From contig CBDCSU010000004.1 in NCBI GenBank assembly GCA_965221775.1, positions 416,001 through 480,000 on the forward strand: 64,000 nt of DNA. Direction: 5' to 3'. The notes under the pieces are model-generated. The model was not told the DNA's origin and searched no databases. It worked only from the letters and a program-made list of their open reading frames with translations. A program made the position numbers and the translations under genes. Within the stretch, counting starts at the first letter, position 1. Each line of letters starts with the position of its first letter. This DNA comes from Candidatus Latescibacterota bacterium. Lineage in GTDB: Bacteria; Latescibacterota; UBA2968; UBA8231. Below are positions 8,713 to 22,185 of the stretch, piece after piece.

Positions 8713-9998
8713 GGCGCCAGAAAGTAGTCGGTCTCCAGTACCAGGCGCGCCGCCGCGGCGCGGATCTCCGCCGCGTCCACCCCGGCCAGGGCCTGGCGCA
8801 GGCGCGTGCGCGAGGTGTCGGCGCCCGCCAGCCGGCGGTAGTAGTCGAAACGGACGAGGCGGTCCCGGGCGTCATCGAAGCTGTCGAGCCGGTTCAGGGC
8901 GAGGGTCCGCGAGCGCTCGAGCTCGCCGCCGCCGGGGCCGGCATCGGCGAGTTCCCGCAGCTGCTGCCGCACCAGGCGGCCAACGGCCTCCCGGTCTCCG
9001 GCCTCGACCCCGGCCTCGACGAAGAGCATCCCTCCCATGGCCTCGCCGTAGGAGGTGATGTAGTAGCACATCCCCGACTCCTCCCGGACCACCCGCCAGA
9101 GGCGGGAGTGCTGATCGGCCCCGAAGATCAGGTCCAGGAGGGCCAGGGCCGGGTAGCGGCAGCGCTCCCCGCCGCCCACGGTGGCATCGGTGCGGTACCC
9201 AAGCATCATCCGGCCCTGGGCCAGCCTGTCCCGCTCGGTCACCCTCCTCACACCCTCCCCCGCCAGGTGGACGGGAGGCGGAGGGGTCGCCTTCAGGGAG
9301 GGGCGCGGCCAGCCCAGGGCCGCCTCCGCCAGGGCCGCCGCACGGTCGACGTCGACATCGCCGCAGATGTAGAGATCGAGGGCCGCCGAAGCCCGGAGCC
9401 CGGCCAGCTCGGCCAGAAGGTCGGAGCCGGTCACCCCGCACAGCTCCGACGGGTCGCCGTGCGCCGCCAGCCCGTAGGCTTCACCCGCGCACATGATCTC
9501 GAGACAGCGCCTCTGGGCGAGGGCGGTCCGATCGGAGTACATCGCCTCGACGCTGCGGCGCAGGGACTCCTTCTCCTGCTCCACCCGGGCCTCCGGAAAG
9601 ACCCCCCCCTCCAGGTACGGCTCGCGCAACGCCTGACCCAGCAGCTCGAGGCCGGGGGCCAGCAGGTCGGGGCGGCCGGGGAGGTACGCGCCTTCCACGG
9701 CCTCGTAGTGCAGGTGCAGAACCTGGAAGGGCCCCATGCCTTCGGTCTGGGAGGAGAAGAGGGCCCCATAGAGGTCGTCGGTGTGGCGGTTCAGCTGCCG
9801 AAGACCCGGGAGGCGGGCGGTGCCGCGCTCCAGCAGGCGCCCCACCAGGGCCATCCGCGTCGCCGCCACGGGCCGGAGCAGACGCGGAAGGAAGAGATCG
9901 ATCCACACCGACTTGAAGCGGCGCGAAGGGCGCACGTGGAGGCGCAGCCCGGGGCGCAGGAGGAGGCTGTCGAAGTCCGAGTCGCGCTCCGGGGCCAC
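8706..9998 (-). CDS. M16 family peptidase-like inactive subunit (YmfF-like); start uncertain
   Basis: LRLHVRPSRRFKS, LLERGT...DDLYGA, HSRLWRVVREESGMCYY; no HxxEH; overlaps the partner gene. Confidence 0.85.
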   Translation of the reverse strand: MAPERDSDFDSLLLRPGLRLHVRPSRRFKSVWIDLFLPRLLRPVAATRMALVGRLLERGTARLPGLRQLNRHTDDLYGALFSSQTEGMGPFQVLHLHYEAVEGAYLPGRPDLLAPGLELLGQALREPYLEGGVFPEARVEQEKESLRRSVEAMYSDRTALAQRRCLEIMCAGEAYGLAAHGDPSELCGVTGSDLLAELAGLRASAALDLYICGDVDVDRAAALAEAALGWPRPSLKATPPPPVHLAGEGVRRVTERDRLAQGRMMLGYRTDATVGGGERCRYPALALLDLIFGADQHSRLWRVVREESGMCYYITSYGEAMGGMLFVEAGVEAGDREAVGRLVRQQLRELADAGPGGGELERSRTLALNRLDSFDDARDRLVRFDYYRRLAGADTSRTRLRQALAGVDAAEIRAAAARLVLETDYFLAPW

Positions 9999-10207
9999 GG
10001 CGAGAGCGGGGGTTGGTGCGTGGTTGGCGGCAGAGTCCGGGGCGGCCCCTGGGTGGGCCTCGCCGGTTTCGGGCTCAGGGTCCAAGATCGGTGAACCCCG
10101 CTTCCAGGGCAAAGCGCAGGGCCCCGCCGTGCGCCGGTCCGATCCCCGGGGCTTGCCCGCCGGCTGCGGGTAAGCGATGATGGTGCCTCTTGCCTCCAGG
10201 ACCAAGG

Positions 10208-10966
10208 ATGAGCGACTCTCTGGATCAGGTCTCCATCGTGCTCGTGGAGCCGGCGGTTCCCGGGAACATCGGCTCCGTGGCACGGGTCATGCGCAACACG
10301 GGGATGAGCCGCCTCGTCCTCGTCCGCCCCGGCCACTGGCGCACCCCCGAATGCGAGTGGATGGCCCACGGCTCGACGGACCTCCTGGACGAGGCCCGTG
10401 TCGTGGAGGACCTGGAGGAGGCGGTCACCGACTGCCAGATCGTCCTCGGGACCACGCACCGCGTGGGCAGGCTCCGGGTCGTGGACGATGACTACCGCGC
10501 ATCCCTGGCCGAGACCGCAGCCCAGGCCGCGGCGGGCCGGCGCATCGCCGTCCTCTTCGGCCGCGAGAAGGACGGCCTCTCGCGGTCGGAACTGCTGCGC
10601 TGCCAGCGCCTCATCCGCATCCCCTCGGCGGTCCCCCACCCCTCCTTCAACCTGTCCCACGCCGTGCTCCTGGTGGCCTACGAGCTGTTCCGCCGCCTCG
10701 GGGATCCGCCGCGGAGGGCCCCCGCCGCGCCGCTGGCCACGGCCGCCCAGATCGACCGGGTCGTGGAGCACCTGCTGGAGGCGATGCTCACCATCGGGTT
10801 CCGGCCCCGGAACGAGGACCCGGCGAACTTCGAGCGCGTGCTCCGCCGGTTCCTGGGGCGGGCACCCCTCGAAAGGCGGGACGCCGCCGTGCTGCACCGC
10901 CTGGCGGGACAGGTCGGCAAGTTCGCCCGCCGGCTCCGGCAGGGCCGGGACGAGCCTTCAGGGTGA
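10208..10966 (+). CDS. trmJ: tRNA 2'-O-methyltransferase, SPOUT TrmJ/LasT family
   Basis: IVLVEP..PGNIGSVARVMRN, LFGREKDGLS, PSFNLSHAV. Confidence 0.9.
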   Translation: MSDSLDQVSIVLVEPAVPGNIGSVARVMRNTGMSRLVLVRPGHWRTPECEWMAHGSTDLLDEARVVEDLEEAVTDCQIVLGTTHRVGRLRVVDDDYRASLAETAAQAAAGRRIAVLFGREKDGLSRSELLRCQRLIRIPSAVPHPSFNLSHAVLLVAYELFRRLGDPPRRAPAAPLATAAQIDRVVEHLLEAMLTIGFRPRNEDPANFERVLRRFLGRAPLERRDAAVLHRLAGQVGKFARRLRQGRDEPSG

Positions 10967-11971
10967 GTCCGGCACCGGTTCGAGCCAGCGCTGGAACCAG
11001 GCCAGGACGCGGCTCTCCATCGGCCTCGAGAACCCGTGCCCCACATCCTCCTCGATCCAGAGCTCCAGTCTGTCCGCGGCGCTGTCGGCATAGGCCGGCG
11101 CGGCGGCCGCAAAGGTCCGGCGCGCCGCCGCCGGGGTGATGTAGGGGTCCAGCTCTCCGGTCATCAGCAGCAGCGGCCGGGGGGCCAGGGAAGCCGCCAG
11201 GCGCGGCGCGTCGAGGACGGCCAGCTCCGGCATCCAGCCGAGAAAAGCCTCCCGGACCCGGTCCGGAGAAGCCCCGTCCCGGATCAGGCGTTCGGTCAGC
11301 GGCAATCCCCGGAACAGCCGCCGCCAGGCGTCGGTGCCGAAGACCTCCGCCCAGCACAGCTGGCCGGCCACGGAGACGACGCAGTCGACCCGCTCGTCGA
11401 CCGAGGCCAGCAGCAGCGCCTCCATGCCGCCCATGCTCAGCCCCATCATGCCGATGCGGCCGGCATCGGCCTCCGGCCGCGCGGCGGCGTAGTCCAGGGC
11501 GCGCTGCAGGTCGAGGACGTACTCGCCGAGCACTCGCGGCAGGCCCTTGGCGCGGATGGCTGCCGCCGGGTCCCCCGGGCGCTCTCCGTGATAGGGCCTG
11601 TCGATGGTGAGGACGAAGAACCCGGCCTGGGCCCACAGGGGCAGCAGGGCCCGCGGCCGCAGCAGGTCCTCCTTGCGGTTGGGACTGCCCGGCATGAGCA
11701 GGAGGACGGGCAGGGGGCGCGCCCTCGGCAGCTCGGACCAGCTCACCAGGGCGGGTATGGTGCGGCCGTGGTAGCCGTCGAAGCGGACCCGTTCGACGAC
11801 GGCGTCGCGGCGGCGCCAGGAGCTGTCCACTTGCGCCGAGAGCGGAACGGAGGGCCTGTGGGCCAGGTGCAGGGCCTTGCGGATCCGGGTCTCGGCGTCG
11901 GGGGCGGCGCGGCACCCGGAGCCGATGACGAGCAGGGCCAGCGCGGCCCACCCCCGCCTGCCGCGGCTCAC
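10958..11971 (-). CDS. Alpha/beta hydrolase, probable lipoprotein
   Basis: GTG start overlaps the gmd stop; signal peptide ending GSGC; GLSMGG nucleophile, GELDP Asp, VGHG His. Confidence 0.85.
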   Translation of the reverse strand: MSRGRRGWAALALLVIGSGCRAAPDAETRIRKALHLAHRPSVPLSAQVDSSWRRRDAVVERVRFDGYHGRTIPALVSWSELPRARPLPVLLLMPGSPNRKEDLLRPRALLPLWAQAGFFVLTIDRPYHGERPGDPAAAIRAKGLPRVLGEYVLDLQRALDYAAARPEADAGRIGMMGLSMGGMEALLLASVDERVDCVVSVAGQLCWAEVFGTDAWRRLFRGLPLTERLIRDGASPDRVREAFLGWMPELAVLDAPRLAASLAPRPLLLMTGELDPYITPAAARRTFAAAAPAYADSAADRLELWIEEDVGHGFSRPMESRVLAWFQRWLEPVPDSP

Positions 11972-12931
11972 TTCTCGAGAGCCACCAGTTCCATGTCCCG
12001 CTCCACCATCATCGCCACCATCTCCTCGAAGGAGACCTCCGGCTCCCATCCCAGGATCCGGCGGGCCTTCGAAGGATCGCCGCGCAGGACCTCGACCTCG
12101 GCCGGCCGCAGGAAGCGCTCGTCGACCTCGACGTACTCCTCCCAGTCGAGGCCCACGGAGCCGAAGGCGGCCTCGCAGAACTCGCGGATCGTGCGGTCGC
12201 GGCCGGTGGCGATGACGAAGTCGTCGGGGGTCTCCTGCTGCAGCATCATCCACATGGCGCGCACGAAGTCCCCCGCGTACCCCCAGTCCCGGCGGGCGTC
12301 GAGGTTGCCCAGCAGGAGCCGGCTGTCCCTGCCCTGCTTAATCCGCGCCACCCCGTTGGTGATCTTGCGGCTGACGAACTCCAGGCCCCGGCGAGGAGAC
12401 TCGTGGTTGAAGAGGATCCCCGCGCAGGCGTACATGTCGTACGACTCGCGGTAGTTGATGGTGATCCAGTGCCCGTAGACCTTGGAGACGCCGTAGGGGC
12501 TGCGCGGGTAGAAGGGAGTCGTCTCGGTCTGCGGCGACTCCCGCACCTTTCCGAAGAGCTCCGACGTGGAGGCCTGGTAGAAGCGGATCCCCGCGTCGGT
12601 GGAGCGGATCGCCTCGAGGAGACGGGCCACGCCGAGAGCGGTGATCTCGCCCGTGAGCAGGGGCTGGGCCCAGGAGGCCGGAACGAAGGACTGGGCGCCG
12701 AGGTTGTAGACCTCGTGGGGGCGGGCTTCCTGGATGGCGAACATCAGCGAGTTCTGGTCGAGGAGGTCTCCCGACAGCAGGTGGACGTCGTGCTGGATGT
12801 GGCGGATACGCTCGAAGTTCACCGTGCTGGAACGGCGGATCAGTCCGTAGACGTCGTAGCCCTTCTCGAGGAGGAACTCGGCGAGGTAGGAACCGTCCTG
12901 GCCGGTGATCCCCGTAACGAGAGCGCGGCGG

Positions 12932-12939
<8 letters not shown>
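11968..12939 (-). CDS. gmd: GDP-mannose 4,6-dehydratase
   Basis: [52 protein letters not shown]; strong SD GGAGGAGGAG. Confidence 0.97.
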
Positions 12940-15821
<2,882 letters not shown>

Positions 15822-15835
<14 letters not shown>

Positions 15836-16961
15836 CGGCGCTCCTCCTCGGGCGGCTGCCGCGCCGGGAACGGCGGCGGCGGACCCTTGACGGAACGAAG
15901 GGCAGGGACACAACCTCGGCGGCTACCGTCGTGCCGCGGATCTCCACTTCCAGCCTGGTCCCCGCGTCGGCGCGCCCGCTGGCCACGTAGCCCATGGCGA
16001 TCCCGCGCCGCAGGACGGGAGAGTGAGTGCCGCTGGTCACGCGGCCGACCTGCACCCCGCCGGCTCTCAGCACCTGCCCGGCCCGGGGGATGCCCCGGTC
16101 GAGCAGGCCGAGGCCGACAAGCCGCCGTGAGAGGCCGGCATCGCTCTGGGCCCGCAGCGGCCCCCGGCCCGGGAACTCCCGCGGCTTGTCCAGGGCGAGG
16201 GCCCATGCCAGACCCGCTTCCAGGGGGCTCGTGTCCTCGGTCAGCTCGTGTCCGTAGAGGCAGAAGCCGGCTTCCAGGCGCAGCGAGTCCCGGGCCGCCA
16301 GGCCCACGGGGTGGGCGCCGGCCTCGAGCAGCCGCGACCAGAGGGCCGGGCCGTCGGCGGCGGGGCAGATGATCTCGAAACCATCCTCCCCGGTATAGCC
16401 GCTGCGGCTGACCAGCCAGTCGCCCGAGGCGCCCTCGGCCATGGTGAAACCGAAGAAGCCCAGGCCTCTGCAGAAGTCGTCGATGACGGAGGTGACCAGG
16501 CCTTCCGCCTTCGGCCCCTGGACGGCGATCATCGCCTGACTCCCGGTTCGTTCCTCCACCCGGGGGAGGGCGGACGGCAGACGCTCGAGGATCCAGGCGC
16601 GGTCGGACTCGGTGCGCGCCGCGTTGACGACGAGGAGGAACCCCTCCTCCGCGAGGCGGTACACGGCGAGATCGTCGAGGACCCCGCCCTGGTCATTGCA
16701 CAGGACGGTGTAGGCCATGCGGCCGGGCGGCAACGGCTCGACGGCGCAGGGCAGCAGACCATCGAGGAACTCCGCCGACCCCGGGCCGGAGACGTACAGG
16801 CGCCCCATGTGGCTCACGTCGAAGAGGCCGGCACCCGTCCGGGTCTGTTGGTGCTCCCCCTGGATTCCGGTGTATTGGATCGGCATTTCCCAGCCCGCGA
16901 AATCGACGAGGCGGGCCCCGGCTCCATGATGTCGATCCCACAGGGGCGTCCTGCGACTCAA
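15822..16961 (-). CDS. gcvT: Glycine cleavage aminomethyltransferase T
   Basis: RTPL, FAGWEMPIQY, GLFDVSHMG, SRSGYTGEDGFE, GLAARDSLRLEAG; TTG start overlaps the coaE stop. Confidence 0.96.
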
Positions 16962-17563
16962 GCTTCCCTCCGGTCCTGCCGTTGCTCCAGGCCTTCCCAG
17001 ACCCGCGCCGCCTGGCTGCGCAGGGACCCGAGATCGCCGTTGTTGCTCACCTCGTAGTCGACGGATCCCTCGGGAGTGTCGTTCTGCTGCAGGGCGCGGC
17101 GCTGGCGCACTTCCTCGGGGGCGAGTCCCCGCTTCCGGGCGACACGTTGCGTGGCGAGGCCGGACTCGGTATTGACCAGAATGACGGCGTCGAAGCGGTC
17201 CTGCAGACCCCACTCGAAGACCAGGGGCGCGTCTAGGAGGACGATCCCACCGCCCGCCTCGCCCTCCCGCAGAGCCTCCCAGATCCGGGGTTCCAACTCC
17301 GGTCTGACCAGCTCCTCCAGCCGCTGCCGGCCTTCCTCGTTGGCCAAGGCCCGCCGGGCGAGACCCCGGCGATCGAGCCTGCCTTCGCCGTCGAGCAGGT
17401 CCTCTCCGAAGGCCTCCGCCAGCCGGCAGCGCAGGTCTTCGCTCTCGTCGACGACCTGCCGCGCCAGCGCGTCGGCATCGATCCGGCGGGCGCCGAGGTC
17501 CTCGAGCATGGCGGCCAGGGTGGTCTTGCCCGCGCCCATGTTGCCGGTGACCGCCACCAGCAT
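16958..17563 (-). CDS. coaE: Dephospho-CoA kinase
   Basis: AVTGNMGAGKTT, IDADALAR, LDRRGL, DAPLVFE; alternative GTG start at 17590. Confidence 0.93.
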   Translation of the reverse strand: MLVAVTGNMGAGKTTLAAMLEDLGARRIDADALARQVVDESEDLRCRLAEAFGEDLLDGEGRLDRRGLARRALANEEGRQRLEELVRPELEPRIWEALREGEAGGGIVLLDAPLVFEWGLQDRFDAVILVNTESGLATQRVARKRGLAPEEVRQRRALQQNDTPEGSVDYEVSNNGDLGSLRSQAARVWEGLEQRQDRREA

Positions 17564-17586
17564 CTCAGCGCTCCTGGCGGCCGGCC

Positions 17587-18441
17587 TCACTTCCCCTTGA
17601 GATGGCGGAAGAACTCGGTGTCGGCGGGCTGGACGAGGACCGTGTTCTCCTGCAGCGACTTCTCATACGCCTCGAGAGTCCGGGTGAACTGGTAGAATCC
17701 GGTGGCGTTGCGGTAGGCCGCCGCGTAGATCGCCAGGGCCTCGGCGTCCCCCTGGCCCCGGATCCCCTGGGCCCGCTCGTAGGCCTCGGCAGCAATGGTG
17801 GCCGCCTCCAGATCGGTCTCGGCACGGATCTTCAGTGCCTCTTCCTCGCCCTCGGATCGGTAGGCCTTGGCCTCCCTGGCGCGTTCGGCCCGCATTCGAT
17901 TGTAGACCGCCTGCTCGTTCTCCGGAGGAAGGTCCGCGCGCTTGATGCGCACGTCCAGGACCTCGATCCCGTAGACCTTCGCGGCCAGGTTCGCCCGCGC
18001 CCTCACGGAGTCCATGATCGCCTGGCGGTTGGTGGCCACCACCTCCGACAGGTCGTGCTGGCCGAGCTCCTTGCGCAACTCGGAGTAGATGACGTCGTCG
18101 AGCCGGGCCAGGGCCTCGTCTACGGTTCGCAGGGCCTGCATGAAGGTCAGGGCGTCGACGATCCGCCAGCGGGCGTAGTTGTCGATGATGAGGGTCTTCT
18201 TGTCCTTCGTGTAGATGGGGTCCGGGTTCGAGTCGTAGTCGAGGAGGCGGCGGTCGAAGAAGGTCGTCTTCTGGATCGGATCGGGCAGCTTGAAGTACAG
18301 CCCGGGCTCGGTGTTCACCTCAACGGGCTGCCCGAACTGGGTGACCACGACCTGCTCGACCTCGGTGACGGTGTAGAAGACGAGGTTGGCGCCGAAGAGG
18401 AGCAGCACGAGGGCGACGACGACACCGACGGCGTTGCGCAT
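17587..18441 (-). CDS. hflC: FtsH protease modulator HflC
   Basis: N-terminal TM, PGLYFKLP, TKDKK..IDNYARWRI, DVRIKRADLP, RMRAER. Confidence 0.95.
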   Translation of the reverse strand: MRNAVGVVVALVLLLFGANLVFYTVTEVEQVVVTQFGQPVEVNTEPGLYFKLPDPIQKTTFFDRRLLDYDSNPDPIYTKDKKTLIIDNYARWRIVDALTFMQALRTVDEALARLDDVIYSELRKELGQHDLSEVVATNRQAIMDSVRARANLAAKVYGIEVLDVRIKRADLPPENEQAVYNRMRAERAREAKAYRSEGEEEALKIRAETDLEAATIAAEAYERAQGIRGQGDAEALAIYAAAYRNATGFYQFTRTLEAYEKSLQENTVLVQPADTEFFRHLKGK

Positions 18442-18454
18442 GGCGGCGGCCTCC

Positions 18455-19453
18455 CTATTCCGAGCGCGCCGGCTGCAGGCGCTCGAGGTTGATGAGGTTG
18501 AGGACGCCCTGGCCATCGGCGTCGATGATGTACTTCTGCAGCCCCGGCAGGATCCGCTCCATCGTCTCGATGTAGAGCCGCTTCTCGGTCACCTTGGGGG
18601 CTTTCACGTACTCGGCATGGATCGCCCGGAAGCGGTCGGCGTCGCCCTGGGAGCGGCGCACCCGCTCGACGGCGTAGGCCTCGGACTCCTTGATCATGCG
18701 CTCGGCCTCGCCCCGGGCCTTGGGGATTACGTCGTTCTGGTAGCCCCTGGCCTCGTTCACCAGCCGTTCCCGGTCTTCCTTGGCGCTGGCCACATCCTTG
18801 AAGGCCGCGTCCACCTGCTCGGGAGGGCCCACCGACTGCAGCTGCACGGACTCGACGGTGAGCCCGCAGCCGTAGGTCTGGAACAACTCCTGCAGCCTTT
18901 CCTTGATCGCGATCTGCACCTCCAGCTTGCCTTCCGTGAGAACCTCGTCGATGCCGCGTCGGCCCACGACCTGCCGCAGGGCGGCCTCGCAGGCGTCGTG
19001 GACAAGCCCCTCGCCTCCCCCTTCGAAAGCGCCCAGGCCCCGCACCTGAAACAGGGCATCGACGACGTTGCTCACCTTGTACTGCACGACGAGCTCGACG
19101 TTGACGATGTTGAGATCGCCCGTGAGCATGAGCGACTCGTTGGGCCGCTGCCGGTAGCGCGCCGGAGGACCCGGGTCGATGGTGCGGAAGCCGATCTCCT
19201 CCCGGTAGACCCGCGTCACCGAGCGGATGATTTGCATCTCGATCGGCGAGGGCAGACGGTAGTGCAGGCCCGGGTTGACTACCCTCTGCACCTTGCCGAA
19301 GCGCAGGATCACCGCTTTCTCGTCGGGATCGACGGTGTAGATCCCGCTGGCCAGCCACAGGACGGCGAGGACGGCGAGGACGAGGTACACCGTGCACGGG
19401 CTGAAGCGCAGGTTCTGCACGGGAGACTTGGGGAAATCGAACTGTTGAGGCAT
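18455..19453 (-). CDS. hflK: FtsH protease modulator HflK
   Basis: SGIYTV...VILRFGK, PGLHYRLP.PIE, MLTGD.NIV, PKARGEA, RLYIETME. Confidence 0.95.
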   Translation of the reverse strand: MPQQFDFPKSPVQNLRFSPCTVYLVLAVLAVLWLASGIYTVDPDEKAVILRFGKVQRVVNPGLHYRLPSPIEMQIIRSVTRVYREEIGFRTIDPGPPARYRQRPNESLMLTGDLNIVNVELVVQYKVSNVVDALFQVRGLGAFEGGGEGLVHDACEAALRQVVGRRGIDEVLTEGKLEVQIAIKERLQELFQTYGCGLTVESVQLQSVGPPEQVDAAFKDVASAKEDRERLVNEARGYQNDVIPKARGEAERMIKESEAYAVERVRRSQGDADRFRAIHAEYVKAPKVTEKRLYIETMERILPGLQKYIIDADGQGVLNLINLERLQPARSE

Positions 19454-19466
19454 GGCTACCGTCCGT

Positions 19467-20384
19467 TCAGGGTCCCTCCTCCTCCGCGAGGAGGCCGAGG
19501 GACTCGATGCCTGTCAGGGTGCAGTTCCGCGACGCGGCCCGAATCGCGCGGTCCAGGGCCTGCGGGACCGTCCCGCCTGCCAGCAGACCCGCCGCCATGG
19601 CCGCCAGGAAGACATCCCCGCAGCCCGTGGGATCGACCGGGAGGCCCTCGGGCACCGCCTGCGCCGGTCGGCGAAGGCGGCGAACCCCGCCGTCGGAGGC
19701 CCGCCAGGCGCAGAGCGCGCCCCGTTCACCCAAAGTAATCACGGCAACCTTCGGTCCCAGGTCCAGAAGGGAGACGGCCCACTCCTGCAACTCCTCAGCA
19801 GGGGCTCCCAGGGTACGGGCCTCCAACTCGTTCATCTGAATCAGGTCGGCCATCGACGCCCAGAGGGGCCAGAGAGGTGGGGGACGCGGGTGTCGGCGGC
19901 CCTCCGCGTCCCTCGCCAGGGTCAGGCTGTGGACATCCATCAGGATCGGACCGTCAACGATGCGCCGGAGGCCGCGAAGGGTGTCCGGCTCGAGCTCGAA
20001 CCCGGTGATGAAGTTGACGAGCAGGGCGTCGAGAGAGGAGTTCGAGCAAGGCAGGTCGGCTGGTGCGAGGGGCGGCACGTCCCCCCGGAGACGTTCGCTC
20101 TTGCGCCCGGCGCTGTCATAGCGGATCTCGCAGCGAAAGCCCGGACCGTCTAGCCGCCGCAGTCCCCCCAGTGAGACCTCGGGACAGGCTCCCAGGAGAG
20201 CCTCAACCCTCGGCTCGATCTCCCGCGGGAGCCGTGCGAAGGGCCGGGTGCGCAGCCGCCCCTGCCCGAGGTGGGCCAGGGCACAAGCGGTGAACAGGAT
20301 TCCGCCCAGGCTGTCGCTGCTTCGGCCGTCGGGATGGTGAATCGTGTCGAGGTTGATGCTGCCGATGACCCCGACCTCCGGCAT
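19467..20384 (-). CDS. PfkB family carbohydrate kinase
   Basis: [31 protein letters not shown]. Confidence 0.9.
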   Translation of the reverse strand: MPEVGVIGSINLDTIHHPDGRSSDSLGGILFTACALAHLGQGRLRTRPFARLPREIEPRVEALLGACPEVSLGGLRRLDGPGFRCEIRYDSAGRKSERLRGDVPPLAPADLPCSNSSLDALLVNFITGFELEPDTLRGLRRIVDGPILMDVHSLTLARDAEGRRHPRPPPLWPLWASMADLIQMNELEARTLGAPAEELQEWAVSLLDLGPKVAVITLGERGALCAWRASDGGVRRLRRPAQAVPEGLPVDPTGCGDVFLAAMAAGLLAGGTVPQALDRAIRAASRNCTLTGIESLGLLAEEEGP

Positions 20385-20461
20385 CGCTCCCCCCGGCGGA
20401 AACCCGGCGGCCTGCCGCCATCCGGTGCCACGGGCGGTCCCGGGATCAGCCATGGCCGGCT

Positions 20462-20490
20462 TTGACCTTTGGGCGATGGACCCCTATGCT
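20462..20490 (+). promoter_or_regulatory. Near-consensus sigma70 promoter of clpP (likely leaderless transcript)
   Basis: TTGACC (20462-20467), 17 bp, TATGCT (20485-20490); ATG follows 7 nt later with no SD. Confidence 0.7.
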
Positions 20491-20497
20491 CCCTCTC

Positions 20498-21112
20498 ATG
20501 GCGATCGTACCTGTTGTCATCGAGCAGACGGGCCGCGGCGAGCGGGCCTACGACATCTTCTCGCGGCTCCTCAAGGAACGGATCATCTTCATCGGGTCGG
20601 TGATCGACGACGCCGAAGCCAACCTGATCATCGCCCAGTTGCTCTTCCTGGCCTCCGAGGACCCAAAGAAGGACATCTCCCTCTACATCAACAGCCCCGG
20701 AGGCCTGATCACCTCGGGCCTGGCGATCTACGACACGATTCAGCACATCCCCTGCGACGTGGCCACCCTCTGCGTCGGCCAGGCCTACAGCATGTCGGCC
20801 ATCCTGCTGTCCGGCGGCACCCAGGGAAAGCGCCACGCCCTGCCCCATTCGCGGGTGATGCTCCACCAGCCCTGGGGAGGCGTGGGCGGCCAGGCCGCCG
20901 ACGTGGAGATCCACGCGCGCGAGATCATGGAGTGGCGCCGCCGGCTCAACCAGATCCTCGTGGAGCACACCGGCAAGGACAGGGAGACGATCGACCAGGT
21001 CACCGACCGCAGCTACTACCTGTCGCCCCAGGAGGCCCGAGACTTCGGCCTGATCGACGGAGTCTTCCAGTCGGCAGCCGAGGCCGGCGCCGCCGAGCTC
21101 GTCCCCGCCTGA
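20498..21112 (+). CDS. clpP: ATP-dependent Clp protease proteolytic subunit
   Basis: [38 protein letters not shown] (Ser), MLHQP (His), TDR (Asp). Confidence 0.97.
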   Translation: MAIVPVVIEQTGRGERAYDIFSRLLKERIIFIGSVIDDAEANLIIAQLLFLASEDPKKDISLYINSPGGLITSGLAIYDTIQHIPCDVATLCVGQAYSMSAILLSGGTQGKRHALPHSRVMLHQPWGGVGGQAADVEIHAREIMEWRRRLNQILVEHTGKDRETIDQVTDRSYYLSPQEARDFGLIDGVFQSAAEAGAAELVPA

Positions 21113-21119
21113 CCTGCCC

Positions 21120-22130
21120 TCAGAAGGCGGCGACCTCCCCGATCCGCCGCGCTCCGCAGAGGAGCATCACCAGGCGGTCGAAGCCGAGGGCCACTCCCGA
21201 GGCCTCCGGCATCGATGTGAGATCCCGCAGGAACTCCTCGTCCAGGGGCAGTTCCCGCCGCTTCTCCCGCCGCCGCCGCAGTCGCTCCACGCGGAAGCGC
21301 CGTCTCTGCTGCCTGGCGTCGGTCAACTCGCCGAACCCGTTGGCGAGCTCGAGTCCGCCGGCATAGGACTCGAAGCGCTCCGACACCCGGGGGTCCTTCC
21401 CGTCGAGACGGGCCAGAGCCGCCAACTGCGCGGGATAGGCGGTCAGGTGAACGCCCTGCCCCATGTTGGCGAGGGCTGGCTCGACGCGCTCCACCAGCAG
21501 CTTGTGGAAGACGGTCTCCCACTCGTCGCCATCCTCGACGCTGGTGCACCCGGCTGCGCGGGCGCCCTCCCGCAGCGACCTGGCGCCGCCGTCGAGGAGA
21601 CAGTCCCGGGGGATCCCGGCGTGACGCTCGAAGGCGGCGGCCACCGTGAGCCGCGGCCAGGGTGGGGTCAGGTCCACGGGGGCGCCGGCGGGGCTGCGGC
21701 CGCAGGATCCGCCGTTGACCTTGCGGGCGGCCTTCGACAGGAGACCCTCCACGTCGGCCAGGATCCGGTCGGGGCCCGCATGCGCCCGGTACCACTCCAC
21801 CATGACGAACTCCGGCCGGTGGCTCGGAGAGTGCTCGCCGCCGCGGAAGCAGCGGCAGATCTGGTAGATCTTCGGGGGGCTCCCCAGAGCCAGCAGACGC
21901 TTCATGTGGTACTCGGGAGAGGTGATCAGCCAGCCGGCGCCGCCGCCGAGGCCGACGGGCTCCAAGTGGGCGTCGAGGGCGGGCGCCGGCACGGCGGCGG
22001 GCGTCTCGACCTCGACGAAACCCTGGTGCCTGAAGTACTCACGAACCGCCTCAAGGACCGAGTGCCTCAAGGAGAGGAGCTGACCCAGACTTTCGCGGGA
22101 CCTGGACTCGCCGGCCGGGCCTCGGATCAT
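21120..22130 (-). CDS. epmA: EF-P lysine aminoacylase (GenX/PoxA)
   Basis: LysRS catalytic domain without anticodon domain: FVEVETP, LITSPEYHMKRLL, HRPEF.MVEWYR, ELANGFGEL, GVALGFDRL. Confidence 0.93.
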   Translation of the reverse strand: MIRGPAGESRSRESLGQLLSLRHSVLEAVREYFRHQGFVEVETPAAVPAPALDAHLEPVGLGGGAGWLITSPEYHMKRLLALGSPPKIYQICRCFRGGEHSPSHRPEFVMVEWYRAHAGPDRILADVEGLLSKAARKVNGGSCGRSPAGAPVDLTPPWPRLTVAAAFERHAGIPRDCLLDGGARSLREGARAAGCTSVEDGDEWETVFHKLLVERVEPALANMGQGVHLTAYPAQLAALARLDGKDPRVSERFESYAGGLELANGFGELTDARQQRRRFRVERLRRRREKRRELPLDEEFLRDLTSMPEASGVALGFDRLVMLLCGARRIGEVAAF

Positions 22131-22185
22131 CTCGAGTGCGGAGCTGCCGGTCCGAGGGGGTCGGATGGCGGCCGGAGAACGACGG

